Part shown: positions 55,314 to 64,000 of the stretch, in pieces
How positions within the stretch are numbered: position 1 is the stretch's first letter
Layout of the letters: every line of letters begins with the position of its first letter
Origin: Promethearchaeia archaeon
GTDB lineage: Archaea > Asgardarchaeota > Lokiarchaeia > Sigyniarchaeales > SOKP01
Assembly: GCA_046483985.1 (NCBI GenBank)
Contig: JAWOCD010000110.1
Location: forward strand, 22,638 to 86,637
Direction: 5' to 3'
Length of the DNA stretch: 64,000 bases
Program-made: the position numbers and the translations under genes
The notes under the pieces: generated by a model
The model's database searches: none
What the model was told of the DNA's origin: nothing
Seen by the model: only the letters and a program-made list of their open reading frames with translations

Positions 55314-56270
55314 ATGTCAACTACATCCGACGCACTGCAACGATGTCCTCGGTGCGGAAATAAGAATAGAGCAAACTCTTATGCGTGCACTTTTTGCGGA
55401 AAACGGTTAAGAACAGAAAGTATTGAAAAGCTTCCAATCTTTAAACGATTTGAAGCCAAAGAATGGACCCATCCGCTTCCGTGGTATCGTAAGATTTATA
55501 ACTTATTCGTTAATCCTTCAAAGGCTTTTTGGGATATAAACCATAAGCGTTCTAAGGCCCCAGGAATGTTAATTCTGCTTTTTAATGCACTCTTATATGG
55601 TCTATTCGGACTTGCAATCTTTTCGCATTTTAAGATAGTTGCTATTGGAGATAACCCAATAAACCCTTTCTCTCTCTATTTATTCTCGTATAATTTGAGC
55701 TTTTTCCTTTCATTCTTTCTGTTTGGATTGGTATATTATGCGGTATTTTTTACTCTCCTGACATGGCTATTCACCAAAGGAGCAAATTACGCTGTTGATT
55801 TCTCTGGACGCTTAGAGTCTCGTTTTGGGAGTTCAAAAGAAGGACCAAAATACTCCCAAGAACAAGTATCAGTATTTAGTATATACAAAGGCGGGACCTT
55901 ATTACAAAAGCAAGAATCTCACAAATATAAAATGCTGTTTTCCGCATTTGCCCCATTCTTGCTTATCAATGCAATTAAGGTTATTATTACCCTATTTGCC
56001 TTTCCGAATGTCGAATTGACCGTTAATTGGCAGGAGTTTAATCTGGAAACGTACCAACTCTTTTTTAATTCCCCCATATGGATTGTGTTTGATGTATTAG
56101 ATGCTTTAATAATTGCGCTTTGGATCCCTATTCTTATCTCTATTGGGATTCGAGAATTGTCAAATTCCAGCACTTATCGGGTATTCATCTCATCATTAAT
56201 CATAGGGATAGCAGTGGCGTTCATCTATTATCTTTTTAGACCTCATTTATTAGGAAGCGCACTACTTTAG
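55314..56270 (+). CDS. zinc-ribbon + Yip1-like polytopic membrane protein
   Basis: N-terminal CPRCGNKNRANSYACTFCGKRL, then about 5 TM helices beginning NPSKAFWDI...GMLILLFNALLYG, as in Yip1-domain proteins. Confidence 0.4.
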   Translation: MSTTSDALQRCPRCGNKNRANSYACTFCGKRLRTESIEKLPIFKRFEAKEWTHPLPWYRKIYNLFVNPSKAFWDINHKRSKAPGMLILLFNALLYGLFGLAIFSHFKIVAIGDNPINPFSLYLFSYNLSFFLSFFLFGLVYYAVFFTLLTWLFTKGANYAVDFSGRLESRFGSSKEGPKYSQEQVSVFSIYKGGTLLQKQESHKYKMLFSAFAPFLLINAIKVIITLFAFPNVELTVNWQEFNLETYQLFFNSPIWIVFDVLDALIIALWIPILISIGIRELSNSSTYRVFISSLIIGIAVAFIYYLFRPHLLGSALL

Positions 56271-56441
56271 CATAATTAAATATGCTACAATTCCCACGGG
56301 AGAACCTAGGATCTTCATACAATTAATGAGATTAATAAGAATTCAAATGACAAAATTAATTAATTGTCATCCTTTATATATACTATCTGTATTAAATTAA
56401 ATTAAATTCATAAAAAAAGAGATTTTACATAGGTTATTATA

Positions 56442-56726
56442 ATGCCCCGACCTGGTCTACGCTCAAAAACCCAGAAGCGTAAAGAAGTAAAAACACCTGG
56501 CAAAAAAAATAACACTCATTATTGGAGAAAAAAACCAAGTAAAGCGCATTGCTTAATGTGCAAAGAACCCTTAAAATCTGTCCCTCGTAAAAGACCCTCA
56601 GAGATGAAAAAAACCAACAAAAGCTCACGTAGAGCAAGCCGATATCTATCTGGTCGTTATTGCCATAACTGCTTACAAAAACTTATACGGGAAGCTGTAA
56701 GGAAAGAGGCTCTCCAAGAACAGTAG
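56442..56726 (+). CDS. rpl34e: 50S ribosomal protein eL34
   Basis: RSKTQKRKEVKTPGKK, C.MCKEPL, G.YC.NC and a basic composition. Confidence 0.85.
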   Translation: MPRPGLRSKTQKRKEVKTPGKKNNTHYWRKKPSKAHCLMCKEPLKSVPRKRPSEMKKTNKSSRRASRYLSGRYCHNCLQKLIREAVRKEALQEQ

Positions 56727-56853
56727 ATTTTTAAAACACTCATTTTTATACGACGTATTATTACTTATAGTTTACCGAATCTTCTATTCTTTCTAATAAA
56801 TTTTTTCATCTTTAGAATTTTTTAAAGACAAATCATTATAAATCTTAAAAACG

Positions 56854-57396
56854 ATGATTATTACTATCTCTGGTCTCCATGGAACGGGAAAGTCCTCTGT
56901 CGGAAAAGCGATTGCGAACCAATTAAACTATGATTATTATTCCACGGGTCAAGCATTTCGGGATCTTGCCGAAGAAAAAGGTCTTACCTTGGAAGAGTTT
57001 AGTGAATATGTTGAAAATAATCCAGAAATCGATGAACAGTTAGATAAAAAAGTACTTCGTATAGCAAAAGAGGGAGATATTGTAATTGATAGTCAACTGG
57101 GAGGTCATTTACTTCAAGATATTGCGGATTTTAAAGTCTTACTGACTGCTCCCTTAGAAATTCGCGTCAAACGGATGTCTGATCGGGATGGGACACCCTA
57201 TGAAGCAAAATTGAAGGAAACGAAGATCAGAGAACGATCAGAATATGAACGTTTTAAAGAGTTATATGGGTATGATCTCCGAGATAAAGAGCAGCTCAAA
57301 AAAATATATGATTTAATTGTTTCTACGGAAGGAGTCTCTAAAAAAAAAGTGATAGAAAAGATTATGGCTGCTCTAAAGGATTTTAATAAGAAATGA
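56854..57396 (+). CDS. cmk: cytidylate kinase, archaeal type
   Basis: MIITISGLHGTGKSSVGKAIANQLNYDYYSTGQAFR. It also sits in the conserved neighbourhood with eL34/eL14. Confidence 0.8.
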   Translation: MIITISGLHGTGKSSVGKAIANQLNYDYYSTGQAFRDLAEEKGLTLEEFSEYVENNPEIDEQLDKKVLRIAKEGDIVIDSQLGGHLLQDIADFKVLLTAPLEIRVKRMSDRDGTPYEAKLKETKIRERSEYERFKELYGYDLRDKEQLKKIYDLIVSTEGVSKKKVIEKIMAALKDFNKK

Positions 57397-57522
57397 CTTT
57401 ACAAGAAACCAAAATCACAAAGATTTTATTCTAATCTACCTTTTTAATCATATTGAATTTTAATATTACTGGTCTGTTTCCAGCATCAGTAGTATTAAAC
57501 AATAAAAATAATTTGGTGACGA

Positions 57523-57798
57523 ATTATTTCCGTATATGATATTGGTAGAGTTTGTGTCAAAACTATGGGTAGAGAAGCCGGTCAATATTGTGTTATCGTA
57601 GATATTATAGATAAAAGCTATTTATTAATTGATGGTATTAATGTGCGCAGAAGACGTGTAAATTATAAGCATATTGAACCGACTCCTGATATTGTTGAGA
57701 TTTCTAAGGGGGCTGATCATGAAGAGGTTATTGATGCGATTGAGGATGCCGACTTGGATGACAAGATGAGCGAACGAATAGAAATACCCTTAGATTAA
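57523..57798 (+). CDS. rpl14e: 50S ribosomal protein eL14; conserved N-terminus lies upstream of the first ATG (57565), so an ATT start is inferred
   Basis: The frame is open from 57520. IISVYDIGRVCVKTMGREAGQYCVIVDIIDKSYLLIDG matches the eL14 KOW N-terminus (compare ..IEVGRICVK..GREAG..CVIVDIID). There is no ATG/GTG/TTG between TGA (57517-57519) and 57565. GGTGA at 57515-57519 precedes ATT ATT at 57523-57528. Confidence 0.8.
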   Translation: MISVYDIGRVCVKTMGREAGQYCVIVDIIDKSYLLIDGINVRRRRVNYKHIEPTPDIVEISKGADHEEVIDAIEDADLDDKMSERIEIPLD

Positions 57799-57843
57799 GA
57801 CTGTAAGGTATACAATCTTTTGTTTTTCTTTTTTTTATTTTAT

Positions 57844-57926
57844 GCATCAGTCGCCTAGTGGTATGGCGCTAGCTTGGAGAGCTAGTGCGCGTATAGCGCT
57901 CGTGGGTTCGAATCCCATCTGATGCG
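57844..57926 (+). tRNA. tRNA-Ser (anticodon GGA), type II with long variable arm
   Basis: Acceptor GCATCAG / CTGATGC + G73 and 3-bp D-stem GCC/GGC. Anticodon stem CTAGC / GCTAG with loop TT-GGA-GA, variable arm GCGC-GTAT-AGCGC, T-arm GTGGG-TTCGAAT-CCCAT. Confidence 0.9.
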
Positions 57927-58163
57927 TTCAATTCATCTATACACTCGCTTAAAGTTATGGAAGAAGTTTTAATTAAAAATCCCCCATGCCATCCTCATCA
58001 AACTCCGCCTCTTCCACGTGCGTTCCAACTGTACGGTCTCTGGGGGGAATCAGATTTCTTATTATATATATCTTGATTTCAATTTTTATTAGCAAACCTT
58101 GTCTGGAGCTGGTTTTTTTGAAAATTGAAAAGTAGAAAAAATTAAAAAATCCTAATTCTCTAG

Positions 58164-58871
58164 CTATACTTCAGGGAATTCCATCGCGGAAGCCTTTTGT
58201 CCGCCCATCATTTGTTCCATTCCGCCAGATGCTTGATTTTGAATTCCGGCAATCCGCTGCAACAGTGTATTGATTCCTAAACTGCATAAGAAATACCAGC
58301 TGGTGAAATTAATCCAACCATTTCTTTCCGAAATAGCTCTTACAGTTCCATAGACCGCCTTAGTCCATTCATAGGTTTCTCCACCGGTGGACGCCATGAG
58401 AAAGTCGCTTATGAAGGGCACATCCCAAGGATTCATCGGCGGCATCGCAACCGGTAATTGATATGTTGTTCCGCCTACTTGAATAGAAAAGATTCCACGC
58501 AGTATTGCAAAGATGATAATCATAGGTAAGAAAGTAATACATGTCGGTTTTAATCTACTGAATGCCATTCCTCGTTGGCTTTCTTGAATAAATTTATCCT
58601 TTCGTTCCCATTGTTTTCGCTCTTTTTGATATCGTGCCGGGTTGATATCTGCCAAATTGATGATTTCTTCTTTTCGTTTTTTGTGCTTTTTGATGAGTTT
58701 TTGCTTCCTTTGGATCTCCTCCGTGTCTGTTAAGAGTTTCGTGAGCCCAGTACTAATTACGGCGACCGTTGAGGATAAAAGCATAATAAAAATCATTGAG
58801 CCGGGAGGATATTTTATTAACTCTATAAATATATTCTCCTCTGCAAACATGAAAATAAGCATCTTTTTCAA
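58164..58871 (-). CDS. DUF106 / EMC3-TMCO1-Get1-like membrane insertase (archaeal YidC/Oxa1 superfamily)
   Basis: TM helix, long basic coiled-coil hairpin (EEIQRKQKLIKKHKKRKEE...KERKQWERKDKFIQ), then further TM helices. It sits in the conserved position next to secY. Confidence 0.55.
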   Translation of the reverse strand: MKKMLIFMFAEENIFIELIKYPPGSMIFIMLLSSTVAVISTGLTKLLTDTEEIQRKQKLIKKHKKRKEEIINLADINPARYQKERKQWERKDKFIQESQRGMAFSRLKPTCITFLPMIIIFAILRGIFSIQVGGTTYQLPVAMPPMNPWDVPFISDFLMASTGGETYEWTKAVYGTVRAISERNGWINFTSWYFLCSLGINTLLQRIAGIQNQASGGMEQMMGGQKASAMEFPEV

Positions 58872-58972
58872 CTATGTCAATTTTTTTTTAAAACGAATTA
58901 AATAAATATAGTATTAAAAAAACTCGTAATCCTAAAAATTTTCGGAATATTTTTGGATGAAAAAGCATAAGA

Positions 58973-60442
58973 TCAGCCTAATCCAAGAAAACCGCGCATT
59001 CCGGGATACTGCTCAGCAGCTGCTTCCTTGCTGATCGTTTCGGCATATTGGTGCATAATCTCTACACCTAAAAGCAAACCTGTTCCTGAAGAGAGTGCGC
59101 CTAATCCGTCTGCGAAGAAACTTAATATAGCGAGTACTATACCATTCAAAATCACAAGCATCGGAATATAACGCTTTAAAATCCGTTCGATAATCTTCTC
59201 AGATTGCCGAAAACCTGGTACTTGCATCCCACTATCGAGAATTTGTCCTGCAATATCACGAGGGGCTAGTCCGCTTACTTCTACCCATATCTGACCTAAT
59301 TTCACACAGAGGACGACAAGTATTACAAAGTAAATGCCGGCACGTATCGGATCTCCAGTGAGTTGATCCAATCCCTGGGGCGCAGTAAGGAGATAGATTA
59401 ATCCCGATTTCGGCGTAAGCTGGCTCCCAAGCCCAGTTCCTGCACTACTTGCCTCAAATGTCCCTATAAGATCTATCCAGAAATCGTACCCCTGACCCCG
59501 CAACGCTGATCTGGGTCCTGCTAGTAATTGCCCGAAGAATAAGATGTTTGCATATAATGCGTGCACTAATATAACTGGAATTACGGACACATAAAAAAAT
59601 TTGATGGGGTATTTCCCCTTAAAACCCCGATATCCAGCATATTGCAGTGGTAGTTCGATTCTCATACTTATAAACCATATAACACCAAGAAAAATGATAA
59701 TTGTTGTAATTACTCCTAAAAGAGAGGGCAATCCGGCTTCTCTGATAAAGAGATCTCCTATCCTAGTGTTTGAGTCCCCATCAAATAAAGCTGTGAAAAA
59801 CGCAATGAAAATTCCCCTTTGTAATCCCCTTTCTCCTGCTTCAATAAAACTAAAAGAATTCCAGAAAATTTGACCGGCAACTCCTGCCGCAATGAAGAGG
59901 GACACACCGCTCCCTAATCCCCACCCTTTCTGTAAGGTTTCATCAAGCAATATAATAATAATACCTGCAAATAGGAGCTGCAGAAAGATGAGCACAACGT
60001 TTTGTAATCCTAATTGTGTTACGTTCCCGAAGGCTCCCCCCAGAATATACGCAAGTGAATTGAAAATAGTGAGAAAGATTGCCAATACTTTTTGGGAACC
60101 ACTAAACATGGAACGATCGTAAGGGTCATTCATGTCGACATCTATCATTTTACTCCCGTTCAGAAGTTGCATGATAAGTCCCGCAGTTACAATTGGTCCA
60201 ATACCAAGCTCAGTAAGTGTTCCGCGCTCGCTTGCCAAAATGACCCGAAGCGAATAAAAATAATCTGTTGATTCCTCAAGTTGGATTCCGTATAAAGGAA
60301 TGTTTGACATAATTAAATATATAACTAAGACAACCGCAGTCCAGATAAACTTTTCTTTAAATGCTACTTCCCGTTGCGGTTGCTTAACTTCTGGCATTAC
60401 CCGTACAAAGGGGGATAATGCCTTTAGGAACTTCCCAGCCAT
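58973..60442 (-). CDS. secY: preprotein translocase subunit SecY (Sec61-alpha homolog)
   Basis: FLKALSPFVRVMPEV, LASERGTLTELGIGPIVTAGLIMQLL and 10 TM topology. 489 aa. Confidence 0.95.
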   Translation of the reverse strand: MAGKFLKALSPFVRVMPEVKQPQREVAFKEKFIWTAVVLVIYLIMSNIPLYGIQLEESTDYFYSLRVILASERGTLTELGIGPIVTAGLIMQLLNGSKMIDVDMNDPYDRSMFSGSQKVLAIFLTIFNSLAYILGGAFGNVTQLGLQNVVLIFLQLLFAGIIIILLDETLQKGWGLGSGVSLFIAAGVAGQIFWNSFSFIEAGERGLQRGIFIAFFTALFDGDSNTRIGDLFIREAGLPSLLGVITTIIIFLGVIWFISMRIELPLQYAGYRGFKGKYPIKFFYVSVIPVILVHALYANILFFGQLLAGPRSALRGQGYDFWIDLIGTFEASSAGTGLGSQLTPKSGLIYLLTAPQGLDQLTGDPIRAGIYFVILVVLCVKLGQIWVEVSGLAPRDIAGQILDSGMQVPGFRQSEKIIERILKRYIPMLVILNGIVLAILSFFADGLGALSSGTGLLLGVEIMHQYAETISKEAAAEQYPGMRGFLGLG

Positions 60443-60685
60443 CTCTCTCTTTACACCACTACAAAATCGTAATCTTTTTTTTGAAAAATTTTTAAGAATT
60501 ATGTTCTAAAGCTAAAAATAGTAAAAAAAATTTATGATTTCCAAAAAGAGTCATAAAGTCTCTTGGGTTTAATCTGAAATTAGGTCTGGAAATGCTGAAT
60601 GTAAGTAAAAAATTAAAAAAATGGAAAAATAAATGTTCTGTTTATTTATGAAAGTTGCTCATCTTTAAAAGGAAAAATTGTGAGT

Positions 60686-61000
60686 TTAGAATAACGAGCC
60701 AATACCAGCTACTTCTTCATCCTCTTCTTCTTCCTCTTCTTCTTCATCCTCTTCTGCTTCTTCCTCTTCCCCTTCTTCAGGTGCAGCTCCTCCAACAGGT
60801 GCAGCAGCCGCTGTAACGGGTCCTGCAGCTGCATTTTTAATGATCTCTTCGATATCGGTCTGCTTAAGTCCGGCAACTAATTTGGCAATCTGTTCCTCAT
60901 CACCATCGATACCTGCAGCTTTAAGGACTTTTTTAATATTATCTTCCGTAATGCTCTTTTCCGCTTTGTGCAGGAGAAGTGCAGAATAAATTGATTCCAT
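60686..61000 (-). CDS. rpl12: 50S ribosomal stalk protein P1 (aL12)
   Basis: MESIYSALLLHKAEKSITEDNIKKVLKAAGI, an Ala/Pro hinge, an acidic tail and the terminal GIGSLF. Confidence 0.9.
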   Translation of the reverse strand: MESIYSALLLHKAEKSITEDNIKKVLKAAGIDGDEEQIAKLVAGLKQTDIEEIIKNAAAGPVTAAAAPVGGAAPEEGEEEEAEEDEEEEEEEEDEEVAGIGSLF

Positions 61001-61058
61001 AAGCTTTTTTACCTCTTTTATTTTTTTATTTATAATTTTGTTTTATTTTTGCATTTAA

Positions 61059-62087
61059 TCAAAATAATCCTCCAATATTAGGAGAATCTTCGTCTTCATC
61101 CTCATCTTCGTCACCATTACCGTCATCGCCACCAAATAGATCACCCATCCCAGCTTCTTCGTCCTCCTTTTCTTCCTCAGTTTTTTTCTCTTCTCTTTCA
61201 ATAGACGATTCTTTCTCTTGAACACCAAAAACGAGGGAATTAATTGTGGCCGCAGTCGATTCAGCCTTTTTAATATATTCATCGATCATATCCCCTACAA
61301 TGATTGGCATTTCAAACATAAGACCTAATCCTTGTCTATAGGCTTTCTGTAACAATGGTTCAATGGTTTCTTCATCGACTATCTCCAGTTCAAGCGCAAT
61401 AGTTAATGCCGTCTGGAAATGGGATGCAATATCTTGTTTGAACTTTCCCGTATCCATATAAATTACGCTTTTTGGAAGAATTTCTTCGTCACACCATGCA
61501 TAATGAATCTTGATAACAGATTCCACGGGTCTTATTCCCAATTTTTTTAACACTGCTGCTTCCTTAACCGATACTTTTTCTCCTTCTTCGTGGGTGACAG
61601 TATCTTCTCTAATCCATATAGTATCGTTTTCAATTCTCGTAGGGAGTTTTAATGTGACATTTAATTCACTGATAACTTGTCCCGTAGGCAATCCTGTATC
61701 TCCCTTCTTAACGATAATATCTGAAGGGGCAGGTTCATTGGGGCTTGCTGCGATCATCCATTTATTCTCTTCAAATAACTTCTTTAACTCGAAGATGTCC
61801 ATATTGGTGAATAAAAGACTTGATTGTCCGGGGATATTTTTTTCTAATTTGTCTAAATTCTCCTTCCCCGATTCCTTTTGATATTTCTCGATTGCCCGCG
61901 TTTGGAGAGATCGTTTACTCATTCGAAGAATTGCATCTCCTCTCAATGTCTTTCGCATGGACTGTACTTGTCTATCTGGGATTTTTGATAATGGAATGAC
62001 TGCAACATTATCATATTTTTTAAATAACTCTGTCAATTGGTTAACTTCTTTTAATTTCCATTCTGGTATGTTCTGGTTTTTAATCAT
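61059..62087 (-). CDS. rpl10: 50S ribosomal stalk protein P0 (uL10); the start is taken at the internal ATG (MIKNQNIPEWK), 4 nt after the uL1 stop
   Basis: PEWKLKEVNQLTELFKKYDNVAVIPLSKIPDRQVQSMRKTLRG. The C-terminus has two stalk-tail motifs, AGMGDLFGG and NIGGLF. Confidence 0.9.
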   Translation of the reverse strand: MIKNQNIPEWKLKEVNQLTELFKKYDNVAVIPLSKIPDRQVQSMRKTLRGDAILRMSKRSLQTRAIEKYQKESGKENLDKLEKNIPGQSSLLFTNMDIFELKKLFEENKWMIAASPNEPAPSDIIVKKGDTGLPTGQVISELNVTLKLPTRIENDTIWIREDTVTHEEGEKVSVKEAAVLKKLGIRPVESVIKIHYAWCDEEILPKSVIYMDTGKFKQDIASHFQTALTIALELEIVDEETIEPLLQKAYRQGLGLMFEMPIIVGDMIDEYIKKAESTAATINSLVFGVQEKESSIEREEKKTEEEKEDEEAGMGDLFGGDDGNGDEDEDEDEDSPNIGGLF

Positions 62088-62091
62088 TTCA

Positions 62092-62814
62092 TTACACCCC
62101 CAAATCATCCAAGAATTCATCATCAATTTTAACTGGTTTTCCCATTGTGCTTTTCACATACATAGATTGGATGTTATTATATCGATGCGGCATTTGACTC
62201 ACAACATAATCCACAATTGTTTCCATATTCTCGAAGAGTTTTTCTTCATCCATAGATTTCTTTCCAATTATTGTTTGAACGATTGGCTGTTGGCGGACTC
62301 TTATCTTAATTATTCGCTTATATCGATCCACCGCCGTTTTTAGATCTTCGGGTGTGGAGATAATTCCATATCCATCTGGAAAAGGTTTTGGCATTTTTCC
62401 AGCAGGCCCAAGAAAACGGGCAAGATAACGAGCAACATTTCTCATCTGTTTGTCCTCGACAATGAAAAATTCATAATTTTTTACGAACTTTTTTTTATCC
62501 CGTTTTTCCTCATGGCTGAGTGCTTCTAATTCGTCCTCATCTAACACTTTCACATCTAAATCTTTGGCTTCTAAATAAACTTCTCCGGATCCGATAACAC
62601 AGATGCTTGGGTCTGACCTAATCTCATGCGGGAGTATCAGTTCTTTATCGATTCTTTGTTTTGGGTCATTTAAATCAAGATCTTTTAGGTTCATAATAAA
62701 ATCGATTGTTTCATCGAAATTCCGTTTTTTGGGTTCATGTCCCTCCTTTCTAATTATTGCTAATTCCAGCGCCGCGTCAATCGAACGCTTTAGTAATTTT
62801 TCATCTACCTTCAT
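62092..62814 (-). CDS. rpl1: 50S ribosomal protein uL1
   Basis: FDETIDFIMNLKDLDLNDPKQRID and LARFLGPAGKMPKP. Confidence 0.9.
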   Translation of the reverse strand: MKVDEKLLKRSIDAALELAIIRKEGHEPKKRNFDETIDFIMNLKDLDLNDPKQRIDKELILPHEIRSDPSICVIGSGEVYLEAKDLDVKVLDEDELEALSHEEKRDKKKFVKNYEFFIVEDKQMRNVARYLARFLGPAGKMPKPFPDGYGIISTPEDLKTAVDRYKRIIKIRVRQQPIVQTIIGKKSMDEEKLFENMETIVDYVVSQMPHRYNNIQSMYVKSTMGKPVKIDDEFLDDLGV

Positions 62815-62817
62815 TTT

Positions 62818-63318
62818 TTATTTCTCGACCTCCTCGATTTTATCATCATATTCTCCCGATTCGATTCTTTTTTGAATAACTCTGGGATCTTCCCCCTCCA
62901 CTGTTAATCCTATGGAAAGTGCTGTACCCAATACCGTTTTTAATGCTCCTTTAAAGGTTTTATCAAAAAACTTTTCTCTTTTTGCTTTTGCTACATTCAT
63001 TGCCTGATCAATTGAAATATCTCCAGCTTTTTCCTCTGCGACATTTTCAGACCCCATACTTAATCCCGCCTCTTTAAGTAAAAGAGAGGAGGTTGACGGA
63101 GTTTCTACGAATATTTCGAATTGTTTTGTACTTGGGTCACATTCAATGCGTACTGGTACAGTTAATCCTTGAAAAACCTCAGTCTTTTCATTTACTGCAT
63201 CAACCACATCTTTGATATTAATCCCTGTGGGACCTATAGCGGGACCGATAGGTGGTCCTCCCGAGGCCTTCCCTCCTGTGACGAGTGCGTTAACGGTAAC
63301 TTTCCCTTCTTCACTCAT
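62818..63318 (-). CDS. rpl11: 50S ribosomal protein uL11
   Basis: VTGGKASGGPPIGPAIGPTGINIKDV and PSTSSLLLKEAG. Confidence 0.9.
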   Translation of the reverse strand: MSEEGKVTVNALVTGGKASGGPPIGPAIGPTGINIKDVVDAVNEKTEVFQGLTVPVRIECDPSTKQFEIFVETPSTSSLLLKEAGLSMGSENVAEEKAGDISIDQAMNVAKAKREKFFDKTFKGALKTVLGTALSIGLTVEGEDPRVIQKRIESGEYDDKIEEVEK

Positions 63319-63784
63319 GATAACTCTTTTTTTTATTTAATTTAGAATTCAAAATTAATTATAAAAAGCAAAGGACCTATCAGATGGTACTATGTTTCAT
63401 TCCAATATCTTTTTCTTGCTATATCGGAACCGTACAAATACGTCCTAAGTTTTTAAGAATTAATTTGAACTTAGTAATTTTTAAAATGAATTTAAATTAA
63501 AAAATTTTCTCTTTCCAACGAGCGGTAAAATTATATTTCCTTTAAAAACCTAAATTCTTTGAAAATCAATACAATTCTTATATCATCAAACATTTTTTAA
63601 AAAGAAAAAAAGTTTTAAAATTAATAAATAAATAAAACAAATTAAATAATAAAGTATGGGATATCATTTAGGTATACTTTTAAATGAGTATCTGGACATT
63701 TTTTAAAAAAACTAATTGATTATTATGGTTTTTCATCGTATAAGAATTACAATTGATAATAAACCATCGCGGAGGTTTTCTTAA

Positions 63785-64000
63785 ATGCCACGAGGTATGC
63801 TCATGGCACGATGGGATGACAGACTTGGAGTTGTATTGGAGGCAAAACATCCCGAAGATATAACTCGGGGCTTGAGTGATGATGATCTACTCACAATCTT
63901 CTCAACTCACGCTATGTCCGAATCTGCAGGGATTTTATCGATGAGAATTAAGCGGTTCTCAATTGTTTCATATTACACTGGAATTCCCGAGGATGAAATG
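63785..64000 (+). CDS. N-terminal fragment of a hypothetical protein whose N-domain is paralogous to that of ORF 49108-50007; 3' end lies outside the window
   Basis: MPRGMLMARWDDRLGVVLEAKHPED...ILSMRIKRFSIVSYYTGI parallels MPAGTFVILLPKDRDYEVLGTYY...FSLIKLKDLNLVSYLHHF. Confidence 0.35.
   Translation, partial: MPRGMLMARWDDRLGVVLEAKHPEDITRGLSDDDLLTIFSTHAMSESAGILSMRIKRFSIVSYYTGIPEDEM

Noticed and set aside
57973-58110. Minus-strand frame just downstream of tRNA-Ser ending ...PPRDRTVGTHVEEAEFDEDGMGDF*, whose tail mimics the ribosomal stalk C-terminal motif (compare P0 AGMGDLF and P1 GIGSLF)
   Set aside because: The frame has no ATG or GTG (only a TTG and ATT codons). Its upstream part is low-complexity AT-rich translation (IKIEIKIYII). 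The acidic tail is only about 14 residues. It may be a relic or a coincidence and does not support a gene call.
62088-62126. Upstream extension of the P0 ORF (MMMNSWMIWGCNE...) given in the ORF track
   Set aside because: The extension overlaps the 3' end of uL1 and is not P0-like. The conserved P0 N-terminus begins at MIKNQNIPEWK (ATG at 62085-62087), 4 nt after the uL1 stop.
1-64000. CRISPR arrays, rRNA genes, prophage or integrase genes
   Set aside because: No regularly spaced direct repeats, no rRNA-like GC-rich structured segments and no integrase, recombinase or capsid-like ORFs were seen. The only mobile-element signals are the short TnpB relics and the MITE-like repeat.

Overview
AT-rich archaeal chromosomal segment with dense coding on both strands. 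No rRNA genes or CRISPR arrays were seen. The core is a large archaeal/eukaryote-type ribosomal protein cluster (uS19 to uL15, 26.6-36.2 kb, + strand). A second translation/secretion cluster lies at 56.4-63.3 kb: eL34, cytidylate kinase, eL14 and tRNA-Ser on the + strand; uL11-uL1-P0-P1-SecY and a DUF106/EMC3-like insertase on the - strand. The window also carries a selenocysteine-decoding locus: archaeal SelB at 39.6-41.0 kb, then tRNA-Sec(UCA) with a 9/4 fold followed 43 nt later by SepSecS at 45.0-46.5 kb. Housekeeping and metabolic genes include TlyA, Trm1, RlmE, class I FBPase, GcvH, PepD, Ni-CODH CooS, ribokinase, SatP, a SAM hydrolase, a Nudix-NMNAT fusion, an acyl-CoA dehydrogenase and RtcA. 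Observations worth follow-up are listed here. (1) Two conserved ribosomal protein genes (uS14, eL14) have no ATG/GTG/TTG and appear to start at SD-preceded ATT ATT. (2) A tRNA with anticodon TAT seems to carry two introns. (3) There are short IS200/IS605 TnpB 3'-end relics and a MITE-like repeat at a ribosomal-operon synteny break. (4) Several proteins have eukaryote-like signatures: TFE-beta/RPC34-like, two PHD/RING-spaced zinc fingers, Roadblock/LC7, a possible OST3/OSTC-like membrane protein, and putative longin-like paralogs next to paralogous coiled-coil proteins. Gene content suggests an Asgard (Lokiarchaeia-like) or related archaeon, but this is an inference only. All functional calls rest on by-eye motif recognition in the supplied translations, since no searches could be run.
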